Shown in pieces: positions 22,011 through 35,446 of a stretch of DNA of 64,000 bases (positions are counted from its first letter, which is position 1; each line of letters opens with the position of its first letter). Source of the DNA: Selaginella moellendorffii. Lineage: Eukaryota; Plantae; Lycopodiophyta. The stretch is taken from assembly GCF_000143415.4 (NCBI RefSeq), contig NW_003314264.1:265492-329491 (forward strand), in the 5' to 3' direction. Below the pieces are notes generated by a model, which had not been told where the DNA came from, ran no database searches, and saw nothing but the letters and a program-made list of their open reading frames with translations. Position numbers and translations under genes: made by a program.

Positions 22011-23176
22011 TCAAAAATACAGGCCTAACACAAACCTCGTCGGATTGAATCCTGTTAACAATGCTGAAGTTTGCACCGAGTGAGAGAGAAACACAAACTA
22101 ATACCTGAGATATCTACACTTACCGCACGGGAAGAGGACAACGAGGACAGCCACCGGATACAGGAAGAACGTAGTTCTCTCCAAAAAAGGCAGGACTAGT
22201 AGCAAGCACATTAGGTAAGGCAAGACTACAGCGAACTCACCATCATAACCAAGGAAACTGAGGTAGTGGTAATATGAAAGTGAAACCAAGAAGAAAAGGT
22301 TGGAAAGCAGCGTGGGGACGAACCCCCGAAGAATAAGCAGAGGAGAAAAGAAATAATGGATCACTGCAACCAGCAGGATGGCGTCAGTCCCACTCAGAGC
22401 GACATCTGTTTCTAGTCTCACCGTAGAGCACGATGAAGAGAGGAAAGTAGGCATTACAATGCACGTCAAACGCATAGAGCCATTCCACACGCTGTTCCAC
22501 CACATGGCTGTGGATTGCTGCTTCTTCCCGGAGGTAGCGATTGCAGAGAAACCTGCAGCTACCGTCTGAACCTTGAACGACTCGTTACCAAGCGCTTACC
22601 AGCAGATGCTTGCCAAGGAGATGCCGGTGAGTAAAAAGTGAAGCCAGACGACTCCAACGACAGTCACGCCCGCCTGGAGGAAGCTGGAGCCGTACCTGTG
22701 GCGCGGAGCAGCAAGAGGTCAAGGTAAGGAGGGGAGCATGAGCTTACGCGGCACAGTAGGCGGAGGCAGCCAGCGCCAAGAAGATGCTGCTGATGACGGT
22801 GAAGGCTGGATCATCGCGTGCCCACTGGTTCTTGGTTTCTGCACGAAACAAAAGGCCCAACCGTTTGTGTTGCAGTTGAAAGCAATGGCGTCAAGCTTCG
22901 TACGCTTGTGATATTTGGTGTGCTGGTAGCTGTAATTGGGAAGTATGAGCTAAGGAGAGGTGGCTGTATGCTTACACGACTTTGGGTGCGGTACACAAGT
23001 GCAACATTTGCCAAAAGGTGTACTCGACATCCATTTGCCTCCACTGCAACAAGACAGTCAGCGGCAAAGAGAGAGAGGGAGAGAGGGGAGGGCACCTTGA
23101 CGATCCGGCGCAGGTAGTGTGGCAGCTGCTGCTGCTGCGGGTGCCTCAAGCCGCGGCCCGCCGTGGTGGGAAGCAT
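22011..23176 (-). CDS. UNC50: UNC-50 family Golgi/membrane protein
   Basis: MLPT..YLRRIVK-WRQMDVEYTFWQMLHLC..KNQWARDDPAF..; C-terminus GFNPTRFVLGLYF*. Confidence 0.92.
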
Positions 23177-23239
23177 GCTGCTGCCGCCTTTTAGGGCATT
23201 AGGGCAGCCATCGCTGCCCTAAAACGCGAGGCGAGTGAC

Positions 23240-24450
23240 ATGGAGGTGGAAGCGGAGGCGCAGGAGAGGCCGCGGGACGAGGATATTATGGCGCATCACC
23301 AAGCCGTGTGCCAAGAGGGGACGTGCAAGTCCGAGTTTGTGGGTGACAAGGTGAGCCCTTGCTCTCGCTCCCTCTCATAACTCTCTTTGTTTTGTTTAGG
23401 AACCACTGTCGGTGCTGGCTGCCGAGTACGAGTTGGGGAATCCCGTGTTCAAAGCCAAGATTGAGGTGTGCCCGGGCGCCAACTCCGCATGCGACTAACT
23501 GACCACGGATTTTTCAGAACAGCAACTAGGGAAAACATATGGAGCAATCCGTCGGACCCGAGGCGATGGCAATTGCTTCTTCAGGAGCTTCATGTTCGCG
23601 TATCTGGTCCGCCTTGGCTTTCTCGTATTCGCCTCGCACTTACCACTGCCTCGCCCTTCAGGAGCACGTTCTGGAAGCGGAGGACGAGAGAGAAGCTGCC
23701 CGGGTGCTGCAAAACGTGGAGCAGTGCCGAAACGCCTTAGTCAGCTTAGGCTATGCCGAGTTCACCTTTGAGGACTTCCTGGCGGTGGGTTTGTAGCATT
23801 ATTTGTTCCCATCTGAACCGGCTGCGAGCAGATATTTGTGGAACAAGTGGAAAACGCTCTACCGGGCAAGCCAACGTCGATGAGGTATCCCGCTACTCCC
23901 AGATGAGGTTTGGATTTCACCCTCAACTTTGTGCTTTCAGCATTGGAACGCTTGTTGAGCGCTGCCGCGATCAATACATTTCGAACTATGGTATGCTTGG
24001 CTTTACTCTGTTACGCCATTGTCATCACCACGCTGGTGTTGTAGTGATTATGTTCTTCAGATTTGTCACGTCGTCCGAGATACGCAGGCGAGCCGAGTTT
24101 TTTGAGCCATTCATTCTCGGGATTTCGAGCACTACGGTTGATCAGGTATAGGTACACCAATGGGAATGGCTCACCTGGCGCTCATATGGTTGCAGTTTTG
24201 CAAATCTTCCGTGGAACCCATGGGCGAGGAGAGCGACCACGTCCACATAATTGCCTTGACAGATGCCCTGGGTGTGCCTGTCCGTGTAGTCTATCTGGAC
24301 CGCAGCATCTGTGACAACGGCAAGACCACGGACGTGAACCACCACGACTTCATACCAGGGGGAGCTGATGCAGAGGAGCAGAGACGTGAGAACCCCCATG
24401 TTGTCCTGCTCTACAGGCCAGGGCATTACGACATTCTCTACCGCAAGTAG
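23240..24450 (+). CDS. OTU1: Otubain-like deubiquitinase (peptidase C65)
   Basis: IRRTRGDGNCFFRSF catalytic Cys motif, ESDHVHIIAL, LLYRPGHYDILY. Confidence 0.92.
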
Positions 24451-24591
24451 ATCTGTATTGCTTGTGCTCGTGAATAAGAATGCCTGTCTTTTACAAAGCA
24501 ACGCAACCGGGGTGGTACGCTTCGTGCTCGTTGCCATCCGCATACGTCCGGTGTGTTGGGGGCAAGGGCACGTTGGAGCCGCCATCGGGCG

Positions 24592-25740
24592 CTAACAAAC
24601 GACGGCACTGCCTGCAAGCATCATAGACAGTATAGAGGCGCGAGACTTATATACGTACTTGCAAGGCTTGGCAAAGAGAGAGCGATAGGAGAAGAGCCAC
24701 GTCTGTGTCATGAGAGGAGCCTTTAAAGAGTGCAAAGAATGGGCAGAGGGTTTTACCAGGAGGAGGAGGAGGGTGGCCGAGGCATTGGCAACGCGCGTAA
24801 AGTGGTGCATTGCGTTGGTTGCGCACTCCTGCACAGGCAAGCGTCAGCCAAGCTCTCAGCCAAGGCAAGCACCTACTGAAATCCGTTGGAACGTCTGATG
24901 CGTGGAGGCTCCCCACGCGTCCATGTGCGGCTGCAAGAATCGGGTGAGTCCAATCATCAAAGTGTATATCTACGACCGAAGGGGACCTCGTTGGGCGAGT
25001 AGATGGCAATCGCATCCGGATTGGGAGAGCCAGCCGGGAGCAGTGAGATGACTGCCCTGAGCACACCAGGGATGGCGACATGGAGCAGTGCAGCATCGTG
25101 CACTTGACACGAGGGTGACTTGGCGAGGCGCGAGTGCGGAGTGATGGACATCCCTGGGGCCTCCTGGAGGCAGCGCTTCACCACGTCCGGCAGCGAGTGT
25201 GCTGGTGTGTTGCGCGGCTCCTCATCACCCTTGGCCGCCGCCTTTGCCATGTGTGGAAGGAAGCGCTTCTTCTGCTCGCAAAACGATCTGAGGGCAAGCT
25301 TAGTCCGATCAACTGCAGATGCCGCAGCTTGGCCCGCAATCTGGCGCTTCCACGAGTAGGCTACCAGCGCTCCGTCGGGGCACACCACTGGCACCTGGAG
25401 CCCCCATGGCTGGTTGTCCTGATACCGCTGCTGGGCACCCACAAACACCCCCGCCGACTCCAGCTCCTTGGCTGTATCCACGCACAAAACCTCAGCGCCT
25501 AGTGCGCCTAGCGCGCTTGCTATTACCTGTGGCGCGGAGGAGATCCATGGCACGCTTGCTACCTTCCACTGCCGAGGAGATGGCCTGGTTTGCTCGCTCC
25601 GGGTCGTGGACCCGCAGGCTGTCCGCACTGTCGAATGCCTCGAGCAGCGCATCCGCTCCAGAGCGGACATCTGCAATCAGCCGGATGGCTCGGTTCAAGC
25701 CCTCGAGTGCACTGGCAAGCTGCTTGGGCGGGGCCTCCAT
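24592..25740 (-). CDS. MED27: Mediator subunit 27
   Basis: LNRAIRLIADVRSGADALLEA, GVLRAVISLLPAGSPNPDAIAIYSP and WLFSYRSLFAKPC match plant MED27; 3' end uncertain. Confidence 0.82.
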
Positions 25741-25778
25741 TCACCCGACCTAGAATAATAATATTTTTGGGCGGCGCT

Positions 25779-28700
25779 TCATAGGTACAAGGAGTTGGCG
25801 AACATGATGCCCCGCCGTATGCTCTCGATCCCTGCCTCAAACTTCTTCTCCAGCTCACCGTTGCCAATGGCCTGGAAAACTAACCGCAGCTGCACATGAA
25901 AACAAGCAACGTGAGCTTGAGTGTATAGAATAGCATCCACGTCTACCTGGTTCAAAAACTCTTCCAGCCTCCTTGCCACCCGGATAATGCTACCTTCAAA
26001 TATGTCCGTCATCTCGCAGATCTCCGCAAAGCTTGATCCCTGCAACTCATATATGTCACAACTCACACCCAGCCCCCCAAGATTTACATGATAGACGCAC
26101 CTTGGACCAGCTGTAAATCACGTCCATCAGATATGGTTGAAACTTTTCAACGTAGTGCTCCACTTCTGTTTCCAGTTTGCACTCCCGCTCCACCTGAGAG
26201 ACAGCCAAGGGTGAGAATCAACTTTCAAGTCCCACAAGAGTCATACATACCTCGGCAATCATTCGAGCCGTGTCTTGGAGGCGCCGGAAAGGCCAGGCCA
26301 GCTCCGCCTTGAGATGAATTTGCTCATTGGATTTTTCAATTGGTAGAAAGCAGCTCGAGAGCGCCACAATCTGATGGTGATCAAGATCGTTGAAGAGCCC
26401 TGCATGCCCGCAATCTAAGACTGGTTCGATGCACATTGTATTTTACCCTCAAAGATCAGCTCCGCTACAAGCAGCTCATCCGCGGTGTCAATCAGGCAAG
26501 CTGCGCGACCTTTAAGCTGTACGACTGAGAGCTCGTTTATGTGTCCCAGCCGCTTCAATACTCTCGTCCGGTTCCGAAGCTCTTCCCGAAACTTGTGCAG
26601 CTACGCAAACGAAAGAAACCGGGAAGTTAGTAGGTCCAGAAACCCAGAGTACACGCACGTACTAACCTGAGAATCTCGCAGTCTAGACCTCAGCCGCTGT
26701 GCTTCCGTCAACAGCTCGGCCTTCTTCTGGAAAGCTGAATAATGGCTTGCCTCTTTCTCCGACTGGGAGTAACGGCATGTCGTCAATACAAAGACCCAAA
26801 TTTTCCACACGTACCTTGTGTAAAGGGTGGACAACCAGTTTTTTCTCCTCCTCATCAATTTGCTTCACGATACTCACAAGCTCCGGATCATCTATTTGCA
26901 TGTCCTGCACAGCCGAAACAGAGTCATGCCACGACGAAACCATTGATGCACCTCCACAGGATCCAACCGTGGCAAGCCGTCCGGGAATCGTCGTTCAAGC
27001 TCCTGCATTGCCATCAGTACACTCAATCGGGCATCCGCTGGCCGCAAATCAGTGGGAACAGCCACCCTGAGTGTACTGATTGCACAGAGCAGGGTCATTT
27101 GCACGGGGACCTGATACGCCAACACCGTAATCAGCGGCACACAAGCCAGTCGACACGCGGACACACTCACCACATGCATCTCTCCTTTCTGCCCCGGTGA
27201 GCAGGGCCTCGGTTTCAAACGCGAACCGTCCAGTTCCATACCCGGAGCACAAAGTAAAAGGGTGTCTACCAGGTACGAGGCAGCACGGGGCGCTGCCACA
27301 ATGGTTGAGGGGAGCGGTCCACCAGGCGTGGGTTTCTTGACGACATTGATGACAACACCCCATCCCCAATCGTCTGCTCCGTCACGAACTTTCACCTGGC
27401 AAAACAAAGTCATCCACAGGAGGCAACCAAAAGAAACCCATACCAATCGACCGGGTTGTAGAAATACAATAATCCGATCAGGCCGGATAATTTCTGACAT
27501 GAGCTGTCTTTCAAGTTCTGCAAGCTTTAGTCTTAGACGGTGGTACTCGGCAACAGTCTCCTGAAAGGATGCAGAATCAGATGAGGTAACCACAATGACT
27601 TGGAAAGCACCTCTCCCGCCGCATCCAGCAATGCGGCTTCTTGTTCCAGCTTGTTGATCCTGTTCTCCATTTCGGGGACATTCTGCAAGCAATACCGACG
27701 TTCAAACCCGAGAACAGATATAAATCGGGCAATCACACCTTCTCGTGCTGAAACTGATGGAAAGAATGTTTCATCACGTACTCCATGTCAAAGTGCCCCT
27801 CTGCACGGCTCATCAAATTCAGCAACGAGTAGTAGCTGAGTCTGAAGGTGCTGACTAGCGGAGCAGGCTTCCCCAGGATCATTTCCCTGCACGTGCTGAC
27901 ATCCATCTACAAGCAAGAGCGAGCGAGCAGTCCGGTTTCTGTCAGTTGCTAAACTCTACCTGGTCATCGATCATTATGATGCAAATCCCACGCTCGTCCT
28001 TCCCGCGTCTCCCAGCCCTTCCACTCATCTGGTTATAAGCACGTCAAGCGGCATCACGTTGATAGGCGAGATTATACCTGTATGTACTCGCCTGACGACA
28101 TGTAACGATGAGCGTCACCATCCCATTTCCGTAGGGCAGTAAAGACGACAGTCTTAGCAGGCATATTCAATCCCATTGCAAACTGGAAACGAACTGGTGA
28201 GTCAGAAAAAGGTAGAACACGAGCGCCCACCGTTTCTGTAGCAAACAAGGCCTTGACAAGGCCCTCCTGGAAAAGGATCTCAACTATTTCTTTCAAGATG
28301 GGGAGTAGGCCCGAGTGATGGAAGGCAACCCCACGCTTGAGAAGCGGTAATAGTTGATGGATGGGCGGGAGGCTCCGGTCTTCCTCGCTGAGGCACTGTA
28401 TGGCGTTGGAAAACACGTGTTCCACGTCCATCTTCTCTTGGTCGCTGTTGAAATCAAGCTTGGATACCGAGAGCGCATACTGCTCGCACTCCCTGCGGCT
28501 GAAGCTGAAGACAATGACGGGCTGCATGGAACGCTCCATAATCATCTGGAAAGAGAGGTCATGTTAGGGGGCAGAAGAGGAGAGGCTCATGCAAGACCTT
28601 GACTATCTTGTAAATGTCCGTGGATACTCCAGCAGAGGCCTTGGCACCCCCTCGTCCTCCACCTCTCCTGCCTCCCCCTCCTCGCCTCCGCCCCGGGGGC

Positions 28701-29569
28701 GCGAGGGAATCGTCCGGGCCAGCGTTTCTGGATGACTGCTGCAGCTTGGCGAAGTTGTCGTCCCGAAAGTGGCCCTTGTCGTCCACCATGAGGTAGAGGC
28801 CGGAGCCGCCCATGGCGAAAGCATAATGTTGAAGCGGAGTGGGCCTGAAGTCGGTGTAGACAACATGGCACGGCTGCTTGTGCAGGTGGCAGATCCACTG
28901 CGCAAACTCGGTGGCGTTGGACATGGTGGCGGAGAGGAAGACCATCTTGATGGCGGGTGGCAGGAGGATGATGCTCTCCTCCCACACGACGCCGCGCTCC
29001 CTGTCCCGCATGTAGTGTATCTCGTCAAACACAACCCACGCCACCTCCCTGAGCACCTCGGAGCCCCTGTAGAGCATACCGCGCAAGATCTCCGTGGTCA
29101 TGACAATGCAGGTTGCGTTGGGGGACAAGCTCACGTCGCCCGTCATGAGGCCGACGTCGCTGAACTCGTGGCTGAGCTCCCGGTACTTTTGGTTGCTCAG
29201 GGCCTTGAGGGGCGACGTGTATATGACGCGCTGCTTGTCCCTGAAGGCCATGGCGATGGCATACTCGGCAACCGCGGTCTTACCGGCCGAGGTGTGGGCC
29301 GACACCAGCAGCGACTCTTTACGCTCCAGGCAGGCGATGGAGATTTGCTGGAACGGGTCCAGCTCGAACGGGTAGCTCTTGGCCCTGTCGCCCATAAACA
29401 CCGGCTCTCCAATGCTACCGTGCACCGCCTCATCCAGCTGCGCTATAAAGCCTGTGGGCACCGCCACCTCGTGGACGCAGCTGCGCCCGAGCATGGCATT
29501 GGGCTTCTTGCCGCCACCGGCCGCGCCAGCCTCTTGCTGTTCCCGCTCCTTCCTTTTGCCCGCCATCAT
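25779..29569 (-). CDS. HEN2: Ski2-like DExH RNA helicase, nuclear exosome cofactor HEN2/MTR4
   Basis: [29 protein letters not shown], arch/KOW region, C-terminus [13 protein letters not shown]; N-terminus is HEN2-type. Confidence 0.93.
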
Positions 29570-29603
29570 CCTCCTTAACCTAAGCTGTCGCACAAAACCC
29601 TAG

Positions 29604-30999
29604 CTAGGAGTAGACGCAGTGACAAGCGAGGGCGTCGCGGATGTGTTGCGCGTCGTCGCCGTCGTGGTGTTGGCCCGTGCTCGCCTCCACCAGCGGCACG
29701 TCGTCGTCGTCGCAGGCGTGGTCGGAGTCGTGGCGGCCCAGCAGCACGTTGTGGAGAATGGCGCAAGCCACAACCAGCTCCACAGCCGTGTGGACGTCCA
29801 CGTTCATAACCTTGGCCAGCACGCCCCAGTTGGTGAGCGCCCCGAACAAGTCCTCCCCCACCGCCGCCGCCTGGAGGAGCCTGTCGTTGAACTCGGCCTT
29901 TGCGCCCCTCGTCTCGTCCCCCTCGTGGAGGTGGTAGGGCAGCATCAACCACGGCAGCAACGGGTAGCTGGTGTTGCTGCTCACCAGGTACTGGGGAATG
30001 CTGACGGGTGTTGCTCGGGACAAGTCCATGAGGCCGCAGCAGCCTCCCGTGAGCAGCAGGCCGTCCCGTAGCTTGGCAAACAGCCCAGACTGCTTGAGGA
30101 TCTTGGCATGGTGGACGCCCCCCGGGAAGCCGACGGCAATGTTGAGGATGCGCATGGACGCGTCCACCACCAGCTGTGCCGCGATGCTGAAGTTGGTGTT
30201 GTGGTCCAGGTAGCTGGAGCCGCAGGGGCCCGAGGGGCGCCTGATCCGCAGGTGGAGCACCGTGAGGAGGCCGCAGCAGTTTGGCAGGGCCATGAGGTTG
30301 TGAAAGCCGCGCGCCACCCTTGTCAGCGCCGCGGCATCCGTGGGGAAGGCGAGCACCGAGCCAAAGGCGGTGGACAGCGCCGCGTACACCTCCCGCGTGC
30401 ACGTGAGTACCGTCGCCTCGCCCACCGCGAACATCTTGGACACCTCCACGTAGGACGACCCCGCCGCCAGCCTGTGAATGGCGATGGCGATCCTCTTGCG
30501 CGGCGGGATGCTGCTTCGGAAGTTGGTGTCGCTCTTGTGTACCAGCGGTGCTAGCTCGCTGCACAGCCACTCGAAAGTCCCCGGGCTCATGTTGAACAGC
30601 CGCCGCGAGCTGTCGGCGTCCAGCCTGCCCGCCACAAACTTGTCACACTCGAGCAGTCGTGGCTTCACCCACCACTCCTTCTCCACCCGCCTGCGCTTGG
30701 CCCCCCGCTGCGCAACCGCCACGCCCTGCAGCGCCTGTATATGCCACCAAAGCGCCGCCACCCTGCCGCTCATCTCCTCCCTGTGACTGCTCACCACCCA
30801 CGTTACCATCTTGGTCACCAGCTCCAGCATGGAGCCCAGCAGCACGGCAATTCGCTGCCGACGCTCCTCACGCTCCCTCGCCGTCCCCGCCATCAACTGC
30901 ATCAACCCCCATCCGTCATCTCAGAACCCACCCACTGATCATTCATTCCGGTACCTCTTCTTCGTCTTCGCTCTCGCTCCACAGGCCAGGATGAATCAT
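29604..30999 (-). CDS. Domesticated PIF/Harbinger transposase-derived protein (ALP1/HARBI1-like), catalytic aspartates lost
   Basis: FNMSPGTFEWLC, HTH AIAIHRLAAG..VGEAT, LPNCCGLLTVLH, SYPLLPWLMLPY, ACAILHN. Main exon 29604-30896, possible short first exon 30999-30955 (alternative ATG 30902). No TIRs seen. Confidence 0.85.
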
Positions 31000-31060
31000 C
31001 TCTATCTTGCTACCAAAAGCCCTACCGAGGTTGAAGAGGCGGCATTCTCATGTTTTCAAT

Positions 31061-33007
31061 TTATTCTAGAGGAGCTTGCCAGTTTGAGGAGAGCTTGGAA
31101 AGCGTCAACGCAAGCACTCGGACGCCATTCGCCATGTCCTCCAGTGTGGCATGCTCGTCGGGCCTGTGGCTGTAGCCCCGGTAACAGGGAATGAAGATCA
31201 TGGCGGTAGGGGCGATCCTGAAAGAAAACACCAGAACTCAGCGTCTTGAAGAAGGATATACACACCGTGCCATGAAGAGAGAGTCGTGATACGCTCTGCT
31301 GATCATCATTTTGTGGCCCAAGCCCAGCTCCTCCGATGCTTCTTTCAGGGCTTCAATTACAAAGTCCGTGCTCTGCGCTGGCGGGTCCTGGTTAACGACT
31401 GTAAAGTTTTGCAACACCACACCGCGCCTGGCCGCAATTTCGTGCGCGGTTGCGCGGACCCTCTCCACAACGGCGTCCCTTCGGCTTCCATCGATGTCCC
31501 TTATGTCTGACCACAAGCAAAGTTCAAAAACTAGATGCGCGGCGTGTTATTACCAATGCCAAGCTGTGCATTCCGCGGGATGCTATTGATCGCTCCTGGG
31601 TACAGCTTAACCGTACCTGCAATACTTTGTCAAAAGTTGGCATATGAATCCCCACATACCGGTGGTTCCAACCGTGTCTTGGGAACCAGATTCCAAGACG
31701 TGCCTCTCTACAGCTAGAGCAAGCTCGGCGGCAGCAAGCCCTGCGTCATTCCTGTAGTCGACGAGCCGGCGGGAAAAATGTTTTATGCACAAGCCTTTGA
31801 GCAGAATGCAGGATCAGGAAACCAACCTGAGATGCATCAGTACGGCCCCGGCATGACCTCCACCCCCTGCAAACTCGACACCAAGGCTCGCAGGCCCAGC
31901 GATTGCGGTGACAATCCCGATGGATACACCTGCCGAGAAACACAAACATAGGCATCGAAAGAGGGGGAGGAATCACCTTGCTCCTCGAGAAGGGGGCCTT
32001 GCTCAATGTGCAGCTCTACAAAAGCGGCATATGTCTCGTTTCCCACGGCAACACTTTGCAGATTGTCACCGGCCTCGTCATATCCAGCTCGATTTGCGGC
32101 TAGAGTGAAGGTTACATTGTCCTCGTCAACAGCATTGGCTAGGGAGACGGCCACCCTGGGATCCCCCGCCATCACCCGGCTGTTAAGACAGACAAAGTTG
32201 CATAAGCACGACATGCAACGGACCAGTTGCCCCTCACCTCCCAATGCAGCTCAGTCCGAAGCGAGTGGGCTCCTCGGACGTGAACATTATGGCTTCCAAT
32301 GATCTCTTGGGCTGGAATCCCGCTCTGAAACGAGGGCAGCAGAAAGTGGGCACCTCATGCTTGATTTCCATGCTCACCTCCTCAGAGCTTTGATAGCTTC
32401 CACAGCGCCTACAACACCAACGACGCCGTCATATTTCCCAGCGTAAGGAATAGCATCCGTGTGTGAACCCGATGCAACAACACCCTGGGATGGCTCGCTC
32501 CCTTCCCTGCTTTGCTCGTTTGCATGTAGTGTGAGTACAAAATGAAGCTTACCAGCGGCCAAAGATATTTCCAATAGCATCCTCACGGACAGTAAGCTGT
32601 GCTGACTCCATAAGTTCTCGAATGAAGCTGCGAGAAATCAGGCCCTGTCGTTAGTTGATTACACCGTGAAGAATCCATGCACCTTCTTGCTGCAACATCA
32701 TTGTCCGTGTAGAGGATTCGGGTGACCGATGGAGCTGGTGTATCCGAAAAGGTTGCAAGCTTGTCTATCTGTTGGTTTGATTTATCGTACATGAAGGCGA
32801 AGCAACTAGGAAAGGAGCACTCACCGAGTCCTGGATGTCATCGGGATTGACATCGAGGTTGGCTGGGTCGAAACTGGTGCACAAGCTGCCGAAACGAGCC
32901 GTGGGGCAAGAACTGGTCAGGCCCACTGGATCCTCTTGGGCGTCGAATGCTAGGAGGAGAAGGAAGAGTGAGTGGAGGAGCGCACAGAGCAGCGCCATGG
33001 CCGCCAT
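31061..33007 (-). CDS. UAH: Ureidoglycolate hydrolase (M20 amidohydrolase)
   Basis: Signal peptide; FSDTPAPSVTRILYT, GSHTDAIPYAGKYDGVVGV, ELHIEQGP, SRAYHDSLFMAR. Confidence 0.9.
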
Positions 33008-33134
33008 CTGATTAGAGCGTAGAGACCCAAGGCTAGGTAGAGGCAAAATTGAATTGAAGAGGAGAAGAGGTAACAAAGCGCGTGTACAATAAAAGAAACA
33101 AGGCGATACGAAGCACACAATTTTGTCTTGGGAA

Positions 33135-34040
33135 TCAGCGCCTCCTGCTCATGATTCCTCGCGCCAGCATGGGGTCGGAAGGGCAGTCGACGGCGATGTG
33201 ACCCCGGCCGCCGCAGTTGTGGCATACCACCACCTGCCTGCAGTCCTTGCTCATGTGGCCCGGTTGCTTGCAGTTGCGGCAAAAGATATCGGAGTAGGCT
33301 CCCAGGGCGCGGGAGGATGGCGGCGGCATGGAGGAGTAGGGGCACTCACGGGCAATGTGACCCGGCTGGCTGCAGCTGTTGCAGACGGGAGTGTTGGAGC
33401 AGTCGCGCGCCAGGTGGCCCGACTGGCGGCAGTTGTTGCATGCCTTTTCGTTGGGGCACTCGGCGGCCAAGTGCCCGGGCCTGTAGCAGTTGTTGCACAG
33501 AAGCGACTTGGGAAGGCCAGTCTCTTGGACGATGCAACCCTTGGCAACGTGCCCCGACTTGCCACACAAGTTGCAGATGGGTTCGTTGCGGCACTCGCTC
33601 GCAATGTGACCCGGCTTCTTGCAATTTCGGCACAGCGGCTCTGTTGGGCATTCGGCGGCGATGTGCCTGGAAGGGCACGCACCAAGGTCACAATCGAGCG
33701 CACAAAGAGAAAAAAAATAACACCAAAGTACCCAGAGATGCCGCAGTTGTTGCACACTGACGCATTGGGGCAGTCTCGCGCAAAATGTCCGGTGCGGCGG
33801 CAATTGTTGCACAGCTCAACCAGCGACCTGAGCACCATGACCTAAGGGCCGCAAGGCAAAACAAGATGAAACCCACCTTGACGGAGCGCGGCTTCTTTCT
33901 CGGGAAGGCAACCTATACGGAGCACTCCGGCGAGAGGAGCGCTTGCCCACAATGCCACTCTGAATGCGGCGCCCTCTGTGTGACGCTAGATCGTCCAAGC
34001 TCATCCCAAGCTTGGTCTGCGTGTCGAGCGAGACGGACAT
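33135..34040 (-). CDS. Multi-CCHC zinc-knuckle protein (CNBP/GIS2-like) with N-terminal MSLDDL motif
   Basis: About 9 CxxC-x4-H-x4-C knuckles in 33135-33812; first exon MSVSLDTQTKLGMSLDDL..RRSAPY. Confidence 0.88.
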
Positions 34041-34174
34041 CCTTGCCAAGAAAATTCTTACCCCACAAACTGGTTTAGGGCTCCAATCCAAGCAAGACCT
34101 AAAACTTCGCTCTGCGTTCGGGACGTTAGGTCTCCTCCCCAAAAAATCAAAGCCGTAAACAGAAACAAAAGATT

Positions 34175-35275
34175 TCATTCCTCTGCCAAGACATCCACAT
34201 GTAGGCGCACCAACTTTATCGACGCCACCGCCAACTCCAGCCTCCATTCCCTCTGCCTCCTGTTGAGCACCCTGCCCTTGCCCCGAGCTTCCCTGTTGAC
34301 CCGCACATTGGCCAGCTTCCAGACGCTCGTCAGCGATTCCCTGTCAAACGACTCCAGCACCAAGATTTGCTGCTGCTCCACTGAGCCATCCGCGTAGTAG
34401 ACCACCTGCATTGGCAGCTCCTTGAACCGCTCTAGCTCCGCAGGGATCTGGATGACACGCTCCGCACCAGGGCTCGACACCTCTATAGCAACGTTAGCAG
34501 GGACAAGGCCAGCGCGTCCAGCCTCCTCGATAAGCGCCCCATACTCCGTGTTGAACTTCTCCACCTCCTCAATGGTTGGAGAGCCAAACCTGAGGAGTAC
34601 CATGAGGAGCAGAGCGCGCAGGAAACAGGCATACCTGTCGGTGAGTTTGTCCAGCCGCACCTGTATGAAGCCCGTGGAGCACACTTTGAAGCCGTAGAGA
34701 GCAAGCTCCGGCGTCAGCATCCTCCGGGCAATCTCCAAGGCCCTTGCACCCCAGGGAGCGCCCCCGAGCACCACTCCGCCTCCATCCTCACCATCCCCCA
34801 CCTGGCACACACAAGTCTCCCCATAGCACAGGCGGCTCAAGATGAAGCGAAGCGCTCACCTCCGCTTCTTTCTCCCCGCCGTCAAACCCTCCAAATCCGT
34901 CATCTTCCAAGGTCGAGCACCTTACACTGTCAACACAGTGGCCATAATGCAAAGTAGCAAATGCGCTTGATACACACCTTGGCTCTCATCGCCTGACTCT
35001 GATCCATCCGACCATTCTTCCGCGTCGCTCTCCTCCTCCTCCTCCTCCTCCTCATCACGGGTCGCAGACGACGGGGGCACGGCACCACCGGCAACGGGGC
35101 TGCGTGCTGTCCTTCTCACGCTTGTGCCCGGACATCCCGTCATCCACGACCGCGACCGCCACAAGAGCGCACCAGGCGAGGCGACGCATTGGCACCGGCG
35201 ATTGAAGCCACAGCGGCGACTGGCCACCAGCAGCGATGCATCGCCACACACCAACGTTGCCGCTGCTCGTCGCAT
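34175..35275 (-). CDS. Plastid RimP-like (UPF0090/DUF150) ribosome maturation factor
   Basis: Transit-peptide-like N-terminus, acidic stretch, VRLDKL..GSPTIEEVEKF..IEVSSPGAERVI. Confidence 0.82.
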
Positions 35276-35446
35276 TTCTGCCAAAACCCTCGGCGAATAT
35301 GCCCCGGCTATATCTACGAGCTACCCTGCCTTTGACAAGAGACCTAATCTCTTCAGATTTAAGCAAGGTCCGGGATCTCGTCTCTTCTGCAAAAACTGAC
35401 GTGTTTGGATCCAGCTCGTTTTTTCCCACTCCACAGCGTCTGCCAA

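Noticed and set aside
19865-30570. Long antisense or alternative-frame ORFs over LRR-RLK, HEN2 and ALP1-like genes
   Set aside because: Expected shadows of high-GC coding sequence
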